From: Candidatus Limnocylindria bacterium
GTDB taxonomy: Bacteria > Methylomirabilota > Methylomirabilia > Rokubacteriales > CSP1-6
Length of the DNA: 64,000 nucleotides
Assembly: GCA_035524955.1 (NCBI GenBank)
Contig: DATLFG010000042.1
Span: 45,791-109,790 of the forward strand
Direction: 5' to 3'
Made by a program: the position numbers and the translations under genes
Notes under the pieces: generated by a model
The model's input: the letters and a program-made list of their open reading frames with translations, nothing else
What the model was told of the DNA's origin: nothing
Databases searched by the model: none
Part shown: positions 37,712-47,144 of the stretch, in pieces
Layout: each line of letters opens with the position of its first letter
Numbering within the stretch: position 1 is the first letter of the stretch

Positions 37712-39763
37712 TCAGGGCGCCGGCGGCAGCGCCGCGCCGATCTCGAACTGCGGCAGCACGGGCTCGATCCGGCGGCCGCCGGAGACGAAGAACCGCGCGA
37801 CCTGCTCCTGGGCGGCGCGCCCGATCGTGTGCACCTCCGGGAAGATCGTCCAGACGAGGAATCCGTGCGGGTTCTGGAAGCGCGCCGAGACGCCGGCCAG
37901 GTCGTGCCGGTACAGCGAGGACACCGGCTGCAGCAGACCCGCGCGCAGCAGCGCCGCGGTGGTGGGGTTGGGCACCGTGCGATCCCCCACCGCCCACTGG
38001 TAGAGCACCGCCTTCACGCCGACGGCCAGCAGGGGCGCCTGCCTGAGGTAGGGCGCGAACGCGACCGGATTCGCGGGCTGGCTGAGCCACTCCGCGCGAT
38101 CGAAATAGGCTTGGATGTCGAGCGCGCCCCCGGCCGGCTCGCGCACGGGCGCCTCACCCGGCAGCGGGATGGACTCGGTGAAGTCCTGCTCGCCGTTCAT
38201 CAGCGGCGGCTGCCGGCGCTTGAGCTGGTCCGCCACCAGCCCGCGGAAGACCGGGGACTGGCGCGCGATCTCCACGATGGGCCCGCCCGCCACGCTGAGC
38301 ACGCCCACGCGGACCAGCGGATCCACCGCCATCAGGAGCGTGCCGTAGATGCCGCCGAACGACTGTCCGAAGTAGGCGATGCGCTCGCGATCGAGATCCA
38401 CGGCGCCGTCACCGTCCACGTCCACGCCGCGCCGGATGGCGCGGACGAGCTGCATGAGGTCCGCGGTGGTCTGGCGGAGCCCGTCGCGGGTGCCGACGAG
38501 CGCGAGCGGCGATCCCGCGAGGGTCCCGACGCCCTCGGTGGCCCCGATGCGCCCGTCGCCGTCCTGGTCGATGCCGCGCCCGCCCGCGGGCAGCGTGACC
38601 GCGTCCCGGCCGGTGCGGAGCACGGTGAGCGTGCCCTCGGGCCCACCGCCGTGGCCCACCACGTTGAGGGCCACGGTGGCGAAGCCGAAGCGCGCCATCG
38701 TGCCGGCCACCGCCATCGGGACCACGTGGCGGTCATTGCCGAAGCCGTGGCCGAAGAGCGCTACCGGCCAGCCGCCGGACGGCGTGGTGCCGCTCGGCAG
38801 GTAGACCGTGACGTCCACGTCCTCGCGGCCCTGGACCGCGGGCGCCTCCGCCCGGGTCGCGGTGGCGGGGACGACGCGGTCGGCGGTGAGGAAGGACCGG
38901 GAGGGGAACCGGCCGTACGCGATGATGCGGATATCCGTGGGCGGCACCAGCGGCAGCGGCAGCGTCACCGGCTCCCCGAAGCGCGCCGCGGGATCGGTGG
39001 CGACGTGACGGCGCAGCTCGACGCCGTCGAGCTCCACGCGCGCGTAGGCCGACCGGGCGCCGGCCGGCCCCAGGGCGAAGCGCAGCTCGGGCGCGGGACC
39101 GGCCTCGATCACCGCGCGCATCTGCTCGAGCCCGGCCGTCACGCTCTGGGTGGTGAAGACGGTGACGGCGGCGACCTCGCGCCGCGTGATGCCGAGCGGC
39201 TTGAGCCGCTGGAGCACCACGCCCTGGGCGGAGACGCCGTAGGCGGCCTCGGAGACCAGGGGGGCGTTGAGGACCGGCGCGAGCGGCTGGCCGGCATCGT
39301 CCAGGACGCGCGTGGTGAGCACCAGCGCGTAGCGCCGCGCCTGGAGCAAGGCGCGCTCGGGGCGGGCGTAGAGCGTATGGCTCGCCCCGTCCCAGACGAG
39401 CTGGCCGAGCCCGATGGGCGCCGGCAAGGCCTCGGGCAAGAGCGGGACGATGAACGCGCTGGCCTTCGTGAGGCTATCGAGCGCGACGGGGCCCGAGAAC
39501 CGGATGGCCACGCGCGGGTTGACGCTCCACCCATCCAGCTCGTTGACGAGGCGGATCTCGTCGCAGCCCGCGGCGTCGACGCGGCAATCGGGCAGCGGGA
39601 GCGCCACGCGGCGTCCGGTGGCCTGACGCGGATCGGGCACCGTGTGCCGGTCCGAGGGGAAGAGCGCCTCGACCTCGGCGCCGACCGCCCGGGTCGGCTC
39701 GAAACTGACCGCGAGCGAGAGCCCGAGCGCGAGGCGACCGGCGAGGCGCCCGACGCGGCCCAC
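37712..39763 (-). CDS. Secreted alpha/beta-hydrolase (lipase/esterase-like)
   Basis: Signal peptide 'MGRVGRLAGRLALGLSLAVS'. Nucleophile elbow 'YFGQSFGG' (GxSxG). ~680 aa. Confidence 0.6.
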   Translation of the reverse strand: MGRVGRLAGRLALGLSLAVSFEPTRAVGAEVEALFPSDRHTVPDPRQATGRRVALPLPDCRVDAAGCDEIRLVNELDGWSVNPRVAIRFSGPVALDSLTKASAFIVPLLPEALPAPIGLGQLVWDGASHTLYARPERALLQARRYALVLTTRVLDDAGQPLAPVLNAPLVSEAAYGVSAQGVVLQRLKPLGITRREVAAVTVFTTQSVTAGLEQMRAVIEAGPAPELRFALGPAGARSAYARVELDGVELRRHVATDPAARFGEPVTLPLPLVPPTDIRIIAYGRFPSRSFLTADRVVPATATRAEAPAVQGREDVDVTVYLPSGTTPSGGWPVALFGHGFGNDRHVVPMAVAGTMARFGFATVALNVVGHGGGPEGTLTVLRTGRDAVTLPAGGRGIDQDGDGRIGATEGVGTLAGSPLALVGTRDGLRQTTADLMQLVRAIRRGVDVDGDGAVDLDRERIAYFGQSFGGIYGTLLMAVDPLVRVGVLSVAGGPIVEIARQSPVFRGLVADQLKRRQPPLMNGEQDFTESIPLPGEAPVREPAGGALDIQAYFDRAEWLSQPANPVAFAPYLRQAPLLAVGVKAVLYQWAVGDRTVPNPTTAALLRAGLLQPVSSLYRHDLAGVSARFQNPHGFLVWTIFPEVHTIGRAAQEQVARFFVSGGRRIEPVLPQFEIGAALPPAP

Positions 39764-39768
39764 CGTCC

Positions 39769-40923
39769 TCAGCGAGGAGGCTGGGGCGACGGCTGGCGCG
39801 GACCGGGCGCGGGCACCATGCGGCGCGGGACGCGCGGCGCGGCCTGGTAGGCCCCCACCGTCACCGCGACCTCGGTCTCCTTGCCTTCGCGCATGAGCGA
39901 GATCTTGACGCTCTTGCCCACCGGCGTGCTCGAGATGATCCGCTGGAGATCGCGCGGGCCTTCGACCGCCGTCCCGTCCACGGAGACCACCACGTCATTG
40001 GCCCGGATCCCGCCCTGGTCGGCCGGCTGGCCGGCCACCACCTGGCGGATCAGCACACCCTTGGCCTCCTTGAGCCCGAACTTGGCGGCCTCCTCGTCCG
40101 GCACCTCGGCGATGCTGACGCCGAGCCACCCCCACTCGACCTTGCCCTTCTCGGCGAGCTGGGGCAGCAGCGCCTTCACCAGGTTCACCGGGATGGCGAA
40201 GCCGATCGTGCCGTTGACGGCGGCCATGCTGTTGACGCCCACGACCTCGCCCGCCATGTTGACGAGCGGGCCGCCCGAGTTGCCCGGGTTCACCGCGGCG
40301 TCCGTCTGGATGAACTCGAATCCGGGCGCGGCGACCTGGATCGGGGCCCCCTTGCGGCTCACGATCCCGAAGGACACCGACTGCTCGAGGCCGAAGGGGT
40401 GCCCGAGCGCCAGCACGAACTCGCCCACGCGGGTGCGGTTGGAATCGCCGAGCGCGGCCACCGGCAGCCCCGCGGCGTCGATCTTGACCAGGGCCAGGTC
40501 CACCCGCTCGTCCAGGCCGACCACCTTGCCCTCGAACCGTCGGCCGTCGATCAGGCGAACCTGGATCCGCTCGGCGTCCCCCACCACGTGGGCGTTCGTG
40601 ACCAGGTAGCCGTCCTCGCGGATGATGAAGCCCGACCCCTGGCTCCGGCGCTCGTCCGGTGCCTCGGGCTGCTGCTCCTGGCCTTCCGCCAGGGCCTCCA
40701 CCGTCCGACGCACCCGGATCTGGACCAGCGGTGGCTTGAGGCGCTCGGCCAGGTCGTGCATGAAGTCGTTCAGGCGCACGATATCGGGTGGCGCCGCGGG
40801 GCCCTGGCTCTCCTTCCACAGCGGGCCCGCGGGCCCCGCCTGGGCGAAGGCCCCCGGGGGCACCATGGCGGCGGGGATCACGAGAGACAGCGCGAGAGCG
40901 AGGGAGAGGGCTGAACGACGCAT
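39769..40923 (-). CDS. htrA: Periplasmic serine protease DegP/HtrA family (trypsin-like + PDZ)
   Basis: Signal peptide. Catalytic triad context 'TNAHVV', 'DLALVKI', 'GNSGGPLV'. C-terminal PDZ domain. ATG at 40921-40923 with a GGAGG RBS. Confidence 0.85.
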   Translation of the reverse strand: MRRSALSLALALSLVIPAAMVPPGAFAQAGPAGPLWKESQGPAAPPDIVRLNDFMHDLAERLKPPLVQIRVRRTVEALAEGQEQQPEAPDERRSQGSGFIIREDGYLVTNAHVVGDAERIQVRLIDGRRFEGKVVGLDERVDLALVKIDAAGLPVAALGDSNRTRVGEFVLALGHPFGLEQSVSFGIVSRKGAPIQVAAPGFEFIQTDAAVNPGNSGGPLVNMAGEVVGVNSMAAVNGTIGFAIPVNLVKALLPQLAEKGKVEWGWLGVSIAEVPDEEAAKFGLKEAKGVLIRQVVAGQPADQGGIRANDVVVSVDGTAVEGPRDLQRIISSTPVGKSVKISLMREGKETEVAVTVGAYQAAPRVPRRMVPAPGPRQPSPQPPR

Positions 40924-41002
40924 CTGCAAGCCTCCTGGAGTGTCTGGTGCTCGGGGGACCGGACCGATTATACCCCGCCGCGCCAATTCACCTACCGCCC
41001 AC

Positions 41003-41521
41003 CTACCGCCGCACCTCGCGGAGGACGTGGCCGAGCTCGGGGATGATCAGCTTCTCGAGCGCGAGCCGGCAGGCATTGGGAGAGCCCGGCAGCGAGAAGA
41101 GCGCCCGCCCGCGGACGACCCCACCCTGGGCGCGCGAGAGCATGGCGGCGGCGCCGACCTCCTGGTAGGAGAGCATCCGGAAGAGCTCACCGAACCCGGT
41201 GAGCCGCTTGTCGAGCAGGGCCTCGACCGCCTCGAAGGTGGAGTCGCGCGAGGTGACCCCGGTGCCGCCCGTGAGGACGAACGCCTCGACGGCGGGATCC
41301 TCGCAGCCCTTGCGGATCACCGCGGTGACCTCCGAGGGCTCGTCGCGGACGATGCAGTGGCCGACCACGGCGTGCCCGGCCTGGGTGAGCCGCTCGCGGA
41401 TCAGCGCGCCGCTCGTGTCGGTCTCCGGCGTCTTGGAGTCGGAGATGGTCAGGACGAAGCAGCCGATGGCGCGCGGCGCATTCGCCTTGTGCTCGGTCGG
41501 CACGGCGTCGGGCCGGCTCAC
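41003..41521 (-). CDS. moaB: Molybdenum cofactor biosynthesis protein B (MoaB/MogA family)
   Basis: 'FVLTGGTGVTSRDST' is the MoCF_biosynth GGTG motif. ~170 aa. Confidence 0.75.
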   Translation of the reverse strand: MSRPDAVPTEHKANAPRAIGCFVLTISDSKTPETDTSGALIRERLTQAGHAVVGHCIVRDEPSEVTAVIRKGCEDPAVEAFVLTGGTGVTSRDSTFEAVEALLDKRLTGFGELFRMLSYQEVGAAAMLSRAQGGVVRGRALFSLPGSPNACRLALEKLIIPELGHVLREVRR

Positions 41522-41832
41522 TCCGCTTCCTCCAGGTAGACGGCGCCGTCCTCGACGGTGGCCGTGTAGCGCGGGAGGCTCTCGCCGGGCACCGTCATGC
41601 AGGCGCCGGTGCGCATGTCGAATTCCCAGCCGTGGAGCGGGCAGATCACGATCTCGCCCTCGACCCAGCCCTCGCAGAGGCTACCGCCCTGGTGCGGGCA
41701 GTCGTCGCCGATGGCCAGGATCTCCTGGCCGCGCCGGTAGACGCCCACGTTGTGCCCGTTCACGCTGACGAGCACGCCCCTGCTGGGCGGCAGCTCCGAC
41801 AGCCCCAGGACCTTCACGCGGGCCACGCGCAT
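41518..41832 (-). CDS. Rieske [2Fe-2S] domain protein (NirD-like small subunit)
   Basis: 'CPHQGGSL...CPLHGWEF' are the Rieske motifs (CxH...CxxH). 104 aa. Confidence 0.7.
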   Translation of the reverse strand: MRVARVKVLGLSELPPSRGVLVSVNGHNVGVYRRGQEILAIGDDCPHQGGSLCEGWVEGEIVICPLHGWEFDMRTGACMTVPGESLPRYTATVEDGAVYLEEAE

Positions 41833-41835
41833 CTC

Positions 41836-41912
41836 CCCCTCACGGCCTGCCCCCTCACCCGGCCCTCTCCCCCTCCGGGGGAGAGGGAGAATGCGGGGGC
41901 GAGGGGTCGCCG
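41836..41912. repeat. GC-rich hairpin repeat element, copy B
   Basis: 'ccccctcac' units followed by a perfect 11-bp stem 'ccctctccccc' / 'gggggagaggg' with a 3-nt loop (tcc). Overlaps the 3' end of glcF. Confidence 0.55.
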
Positions 41913-43219
41913 TAGGCCTGATCGAGGAGCTCCACGATGTGGAGCACCTGGATCGGCACCCCCTTCGCGCGCAGCCCCTGAACGATCTGGATGATGCAGC
42001 CCGGGTTGGCGGTGACCACCGCGTCGGCGCCGGTGGCCCGCACGTGGGCGACCTTGCGCTCCTGCAGGCGCGTGGCCATCTCCGGCTGGGTCAGGTTGTA
42101 GGTGCCCGCGGAGCCGCAGCACCAGTCGGACTCCTTCAGCTCCACCACGCGCAGGCCCGGAATCTGCGCGAGCAGCGCGCGCGGCTGCGTGCGGATCTGC
42201 TGGCCGTGCGCCACGTGACACGGATCGTGGTAGGTGACGGTCCGCCGCACTTCCCGCAGGGGCCCCCGCAGCGGCTCGGCGGCCAGGAACTCGGAGACGT
42301 CACGCACGCTCGCCGCGAAGCGCGCCGCGCGGCCGCGCCAGGCCGGATCGTCCGCGAGCAGCGTGCCGTAGGCCTTCATGTGGGCGCCGCAGCCGGACGT
42401 GTTCACGATGACGCGCTCCACGCCGGCGGCCTCGAAGGTCTCGATGGTGCGCCGGGCCAGGTCGAGCGCGGTGGCGTGCTCGCCCGCGTGGGCGTGGAGC
42501 GCGCCGCAGCAGGCCTGGGTCCGCGGCGCGATCACCTCGGCCCCGTTCCGGGCGAGCACGCGGGCCGTCGCGCGGTTGTGGGGGCCGAAGGCCACCTGCT
42601 GGATGCAGCCGGTGAGCAGGCCCACCCGCATGCGGCGCGCGCCGGTGGCCGGCGTCACCTCGGGCAGGGGCGCGCGGTCGGCGCCGGACGGGAGGTCCGG
42701 CAGCAGGGGCTCCCAGTGGCGCAGCGGCTCGGGCAGGTACCGGAGCAGCCCGGAGGCGCGAACCAGTCGCCGCAGGCCGCTGGCCTGGTAGAAGCGGAGG
42801 CCGGCGGCGGCCAGGCGCAGCAGCGACGGATTCGGCAGCAGCAGCGAGAAGTTGACCCACCGGAACGCCCGGCGCAGGGGCCCACCCGGCCGCTGCCGCT
42901 CGATCTCGGCCCGCGCGGCCTCGATGAGCTGGCCGTAGGGCACGCCGGACGGGCAGACCGTCTCGCAGGCGCGGCAGCCCAGGCAGAGATCGAGGTGCGC
43001 GACCGCGGAGTCGGTGAGCTTGATGCGGCCCTCGGCGAGCGACTTGATCAGCAGGATGCGGCCGCGGGGCGAGTCCATCTCGGTCCCCAGCTCGGAGAAG
43101 GTCGGGCAGTAGGCGAGACAGAGCCCGCAGTGCACGCAGCGGTCCACCCCCTCGACGTTCAGCCCGTGCAGGGTGAGCGGCGGCGACGGCTTCGTCTCGG
43201 TGACCGGCGGGTGCGCCAT
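41855..43219 (-). CDS. glcF: Glycolate oxidase iron-sulfur subunit
   Basis: Two 4Fe-4S motifs ('CVHCGLCLAYCP', 'CLGCRACETVCP') and two CCG cysteine-rich domains. Upstream of the glcE and glcD homologues. Confidence 0.8.
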   Translation of the reverse strand: MAHPPVTETKPSPPLTLHGLNVEGVDRCVHCGLCLAYCPTFSELGTEMDSPRGRILLIKSLAEGRIKLTDSAVAHLDLCLGCRACETVCPSGVPYGQLIEAARAEIERQRPGGPLRRAFRWVNFSLLLPNPSLLRLAAAGLRFYQASGLRRLVRASGLLRYLPEPLRHWEPLLPDLPSGADRAPLPEVTPATGARRMRVGLLTGCIQQVAFGPHNRATARVLARNGAEVIAPRTQACCGALHAHAGEHATALDLARRTIETFEAAGVERVIVNTSGCGAHMKAYGTLLADDPAWRGRAARFAASVRDVSEFLAAEPLRGPLREVRRTVTYHDPCHVAHGQQIRTQPRALLAQIPGLRVVELKESDWCCGSAGTYNLTQPEMATRLQERKVAHVRATGADAVVTANPGCIIQIVQGLRAKGVPIQVLHIVELLDQAYGDPSPPHSPSPPEGERAG

Positions 43220-43223
43220 CGGG

Positions 43224-44543
43224 TCAGATGCCTCCCACGAAGCGCCCCGGGTTCAGGATGCCGTGCGGGTCGAGGCGTTCCTTGATGCCCTTCATCAGGC
43301 GCAGGGTGGGGCCGGCCGTGTCCCACACCGCCACCCGCTCCTTCACGGCGAGCGGGGCCGACTCGATCATCGCGTGCCCGCCCACACGGTTGGCCAGGGC
43401 GCGCCACTCGGTGAGCGCGGAGACCACCGCGTTCGGATTCGTGCCGCCGGCCAGCACCGCGGTCACGATGCCGACGCCGGCATGCGCGGTGAACGCGCCG
43501 ACGAGGCCGTTGCGCCGCGCGGCCGCCGCGCCCGCCTCCATGAGCTCGGCGATCTGGGCGGGCAGCACGGCCCACTTCATCACCGCGGCGACCCGATCGT
43601 GGCCCGGCCGGCCGAGCCCGGCCAGCGCGCGCCAGGCGTCATCGCGCGCGCCGCCGTCGAGCACGGAGGTCTCCCCGAGGCCGAGCGGCCCGAGCAGGCG
43701 CTGGAGCTCGGCCACCTGCCAGTCCACCTGTGGGGCGATCCCGTCGAGGCCGACCAGGAGCGCGGCGCCGCCGCCCAGGCCCAGGCGCCGGAGCGCCTCG
43801 GCGTCCGCCAGCTCGAGCGCCGAGGGAAGGAGGTCCGAGCCCAGCACCGCGCGCGCGGCCGCGCCCGCGGCCTTCAGCCGATCGAACCGCGCGACCACGA
43901 CCCGGTCCACGTCCGCGCGGGGCCGGAGCTTCAGCGTCGCCTCCGCCAGGACGCCGAGGGTGCCGAAGGAGCCGACGTAGAGCTTCGGGAGATCGTAGCC
44001 GGCCACGTTCTTGACCACCTTGCCGCCGCCGCGTACCAGGCTGCCGTCGGCCATGACCACGGTGAGCCCGATCACCAGATCCCGCGCGGTGCCGTAGAGA
44101 TGCCGGCGCGGGCCCGAGGCGTCGCTGGCGAGCATGCCGCCCACCGTGGCCCGCTCGGTCGCGCCCGCGTCGAGCGAGAGCCACTGCCCGCGCTTGCCCA
44201 GCTCGGCCTGCAGCGTCTCGAACGGCAGCCCCGCCTCGACGGTGACCGTGAGATCGCCCGGCTCGTGCTCGAGGATGCGGTCGAGCCGCTTGAGCCCCAG
44301 CACCAGACCGAGGCGGTTCGGCGGCGAGCCGATCGCCATCTTGGTGCCCGCGCCCCACGGCGTGACCGGCAGGCCCGCCTCGCCGGCCGCCCGCAGCACG
44401 GCGGCGATCTCCTCCTTCGTGCCCGGGAAGACCACCGCCTCCGGCGCGCGGCCCTCCACCACGAACGGCGAGCAGTCGACGCCCGTGAGCACGTGGGATG
44501 CGCCGACGAGGGTGCGTAGCTTGTCCGGCAGGGCTGACGGCAC
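43224..44543 (-). CDS. glcE: Glycolate oxidase FAD-binding subunit
   Basis: FAD_binding_4 (PCMH) domain with 'VVKNVAGYDLPKL'. Position between glcD and glcF. Confidence 0.75.
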   Translation of the reverse strand: MPSALPDKLRTLVGASHVLTGVDCSPFVVEGRAPEAVVFPGTKEEIAAVLRAAGEAGLPVTPWGAGTKMAIGSPPNRLGLVLGLKRLDRILEHEPGDLTVTVEAGLPFETLQAELGKRGQWLSLDAGATERATVGGMLASDASGPRRHLYGTARDLVIGLTVVMADGSLVRGGGKVVKNVAGYDLPKLYVGSFGTLGVLAEATLKLRPRADVDRVVVARFDRLKAAGAAARAVLGSDLLPSALELADAEALRRLGLGGGAALLVGLDGIAPQVDWQVAELQRLLGPLGLGETSVLDGGARDDAWRALAGLGRPGHDRVAAVMKWAVLPAQIAELMEAGAAAARRNGLVGAFTAHAGVGIVTAVLAGGTNPNAVVSALTEWRALANRVGGHAMIESAPLAVKERVAVWDTAGPTLRLMKGIKERLDPHGILNPGRFVGGI

Positions 44544-44568
44544 GGCGACGAGCGTCCCGATGCCCGCG

Positions 44569-46041
44569 CTAGAACCGCTGGGCGAGGCCCTTCTCTTCGA
44601 TCGGGTGCGGGCGGTAGGCCGGGCCGACCTCGACGCAGGCCTTGTTGCTCGGGAAGATCTTGCCGGGATTGCAGAGGCCGGTCGGATTGAACGCCTCCTT
44701 CACCCGGCGCATGCAGGCCAGATCGGCCTCCGAGAAGATGAACGGCATGTAGTCCGCCTTCTCGAGCCCGATGCCGTGCTCGCCCGAGATGGAGCCGCCG
44801 ACCTCGGCGCACACCTTCAGGATCTCGGCGCCCGCCGCCACCACCCGCGCCTCCTCCCCCGGCCGCCGCGGGTCGTACAGGATGTTTGGATGGAGGTTGC
44901 CGTCGCCGGCGTGGAACACGTTGCCGACGCGCAGGCCGTGCGCGGCCACGATCGCGTTCACGCGCCCGAGCACGTACGGCAGCTTGGTGCGCGGGATCAC
45001 GCCGTCCATCACCATGTAGGCGGGCGAGATGCGGCCGTAGGCGCCGAAGGCGGACTTGCGGCCCTTCCAGAGGAGCTGGCGCTCGGCTTCGTCGCGCGCC
45101 GCCCGCACGTCGCGGGCGCCGCAGTCGCGACAGGCGGCCACCACCCGCTCGGCCTGCGCCTCCATGCCGGCGGCCAGGCCGTCCAGCTCGATCAGGAGCG
45201 CGGCCGCCGCGTCGCGCGGGTAGCCGCACCCGAACGCGTCCTCCACCGCCTCGATGGTGAGCTGGTCGATCATCTCCATCGCGGCGGGCACGAGGCCGCG
45301 CGCGATGATGGCGGAGACCGCGGCCGAGGCCTGGTCCACCTGGTCGAAAACTGCCAACACTGTTTTTACTGCCTGAGGCTTCCTGAGGATGCGGACCACG
45401 ATCTTGGTCGCGATGCCGAAGGTGCCCTCGGAGCCCACGAAGAGGCCGACCAGATCGTAGCCCTGCGTGTCGCGCGTCTTGCCGCCGAGCCACATCAGCT
45501 CGCCGTCCGGCAGCACCACCTCGAGGCCGAGCACGTGGTTGGTCGTGACCCCGTACTTGAGCGTGTGCGGGCCCCCGGAGTTGTTCGCGATATTGCCGCC
45601 GATCGTGCAGGCCTGCTGGCTCGAGGGATCGGGCGCATAGTAGAAACCCCGCGGGCCCACCGCCCACGTGAGGTGGAGGTTCACCAGCCCCGGCTCCACC
45701 ACCGCGAACTGGTTGTCGTAGTCCACCTCGAGCACGCGATTCATCCGCATCAGCGAGATGACGAGGCCGCCCTCGGACGGCAGGCAGCCGCCGGAGAGCC
45801 CGGTCCCGGCGCCGCGGGCCACGAAGGGGATGCCTTCCCGGCCGGCGAGCTTGACCAGGGCCGCCACCTGCTCCGCGCTCCGCGGGAACACCACGAAGTC
45901 GGCGAGGGCCCGGAAGAGGGTGAGGCCATCGGACTCGTAGACCAGCAGCTCTTCGGGATCGGAGAGGACGCCGTCCGGCCCGAGCAGGGCCTCCATCTCG
46001 CGACGGAGAAGCGTCTTCCGGGCCGGGCTCAGGGGGGTCAC
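44569..46041 (-). CDS. glcD: Glycolate oxidase subunit (FAD-linked oxidase)
   Basis: FAD-binding PCMH and FAD-oxidase_C domains ('GAGTGLSGG', 'LGLEVVLPDGE', 'GEHGIGLEK'). The upstream limit is constrained by tRNA-Asn. A GTG at 46041 or a downstream ATG could be the start. Confidence 0.8.
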   Translation of the reverse strand: MTPLSPARKTLLRREMEALLGPDGVLSDPEELLVYESDGLTLFRALADFVVFPRSAEQVAALVKLAGREGIPFVARGAGTGLSGGCLPSEGGLVISLMRMNRVLEVDYDNQFAVVEPGLVNLHLTWAVGPRGFYYAPDPSSQQACTIGGNIANNSGGPHTLKYGVTTNHVLGLEVVLPDGELMWLGGKTRDTQGYDLVGLFVGSEGTFGIATKIVVRILRKPQAVKTVLAVFDQVDQASAAVSAIIARGLVPAAMEMIDQLTIEAVEDAFGCGYPRDAAAALLIELDGLAAGMEAQAERVVAACRDCGARDVRAARDEAERQLLWKGRKSAFGAYGRISPAYMVMDGVIPRTKLPYVLGRVNAIVAAHGLRVGNVFHAGDGNLHPNILYDPRRPGEEARVVAAGAEILKVCAEVGGSISGEHGIGLEKADYMPFIFSEADLACMRRVKEAFNPTGLCNPGKIFPSNKACVEVGPAYRPHPIEEKGLAQRF

Positions 46042-46060
46042 GGGCCGATTATAGCATCGG
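46036..46060 (-). promoter_or_regulatory. Candidate -10 element (TATAAT) immediately upstream of glcD
   Basis: The minus strand reads 'gatgctataatcggcccgtg', with TATAAT 7 nt before the candidate GTG start. Confidence 0.25.
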
Positions 46061-46077
46061 GGGCTCGGGCGGGAGGG

Positions 46078-46152
46078 TGGCTCCCCGAGCAGGACTCGAA
46101 CCTGCAACCCTCCGGTTAACAGCCGGATGCTCTACCATTGAGCTATCGGGGA
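46078..46152 (-). tRNA. tRNA-Asn (anticodon GTT)
   Basis: Reverse complement reads TCCCCGATAGCTCAATGGTAGAGCATCCGGCTGTTAACCGGAGGGTTGCAGGTTCGAGTCCTGCTCGGGGAGCCA. Anticodon loop CUGUUAA. Confidence 0.9.
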
Positions 46153-46212
46153 ATCAGGGAGGGAGCCGTCCGGTCTGTTCTATCACACGTCCCGGACGCG
46201 CGCCAAGCCTCC

Positions 46213-46815
46213 CTACCCCATCTCGCGCCGTCCCTCCATCGCCTTGGACAGCGTCACCTCGTCGGCGTACTCGAGGTCGCCGCCCACCGGCAGCCCACGG
46301 GCGATGCGGGTAATCCGCATGCCGAGCGGCTTGAGCAGCTTGGCGAGATAGATGGCGGTGGCCTCGCCCTCCACGCTCGGGTTGGTGGCCAGGATCACCT
46401 CCTCGACCCGGTCGTGCTCCAGCCGGACCAGCAGCTCGCGCACCCGTAGGTCCTCCGGCCCGATCCCGTCGAGCGGCGACAGCGCGCCCAGCAGCACGTG
46501 GTAGCGGCCGCGGAACTCGCCGGTGCGCTCGAGCGCGAGCAGGTCGTTGGGCTCCTCCACCACGCAGAGCGTCCGCTGCTCCCGTTGCGGGTCCGCGCAG
46601 ATGCGGCAGGGATCCTGCTCGGTGACGTTGAAGCACACCGTGCAGTGGACGATGAGCTGCTTGAGCTGGGTCAGCGCCTCCCCGAGCGCGGCGACCTCGG
46701 GGGCGGGGCGCTTGAGGAGGAAGAAGGTGAGCCGCTGGGCCGTCTTGGGCCCGATGCCGGGCAGCCGCTGGAGCGCGTCGATGAGCCGCGCCACCGGCTC
46801 GGGGTAATAGGCCAT
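46213..46815 (-). CDS. recR: Recombination protein RecR
   Basis: HhH 'LPGIGPKTAQRL', C4 zinc finger 'CTVCFNVTEQDPCRIC', Toprim 'LCVVEEPNDLLALE'. Confidence 0.9.
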   Translation of the reverse strand: MAYYPEPVARLIDALQRLPGIGPKTAQRLTFFLLKRPAPEVAALGEALTQLKQLIVHCTVCFNVTEQDPCRICADPQREQRTLCVVEEPNDLLALERTGEFRGRYHVLLGALSPLDGIGPEDLRVRELLVRLEHDRVEEVILATNPSVEGEATAIYLAKLLKPLGMRITRIARGLPVGGDLEYADEVTLSKAMEGRREMG

Positions 46816-47144
46816 TACACTCCGAGTCCTGGGCCGAGGCCGGGGATCTTGAGCCCGGCCGTGATCTTGCTCATCTCGCCCTGCACCATCTCCTTGGACT
46901 TGCGCAGCGCCTCGTTGCAGGCCGCCAGCACGAGATCCTCGAGCATCTGCGCGTCCTCGGGGTTGATGACCTCGCGGTCGATCTTGATGGACACGATCTC
47001 CTGCTTGCCGTTCGCCACCACCGTGACCATGCCGCCGCCCGCGGTGGCCTCCACCGTCTTCTTGGCCGCCTCCGCCTGGAGCTGCTCCATCTGGGCCTGG
47101 AGCTTCTGCGCCTCCTTCATGATGTTGCCGAAGCCTTTCACCGT
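46815..47144 (-). CDS. ybaB: Nucleoid-associated protein YbaB/EbfC
   Basis: 'GFGNIMKEAQKLQAQMEQLQAE...VTVVANGKQEIVSIKID' is the typical YbaB sequence. Located between dnaX and recR. Confidence 0.8.
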   Translation of the reverse strand, partial: TVKGFGNIMKEAQKLQAQMEQLQAEAAKKTVEATAGGGMVTVVANGKQEIVSIKIDREVINPEDAQMLEDLVLAACNEALRKSKEMVQGEMSKITAGLKIPGLGPGLGV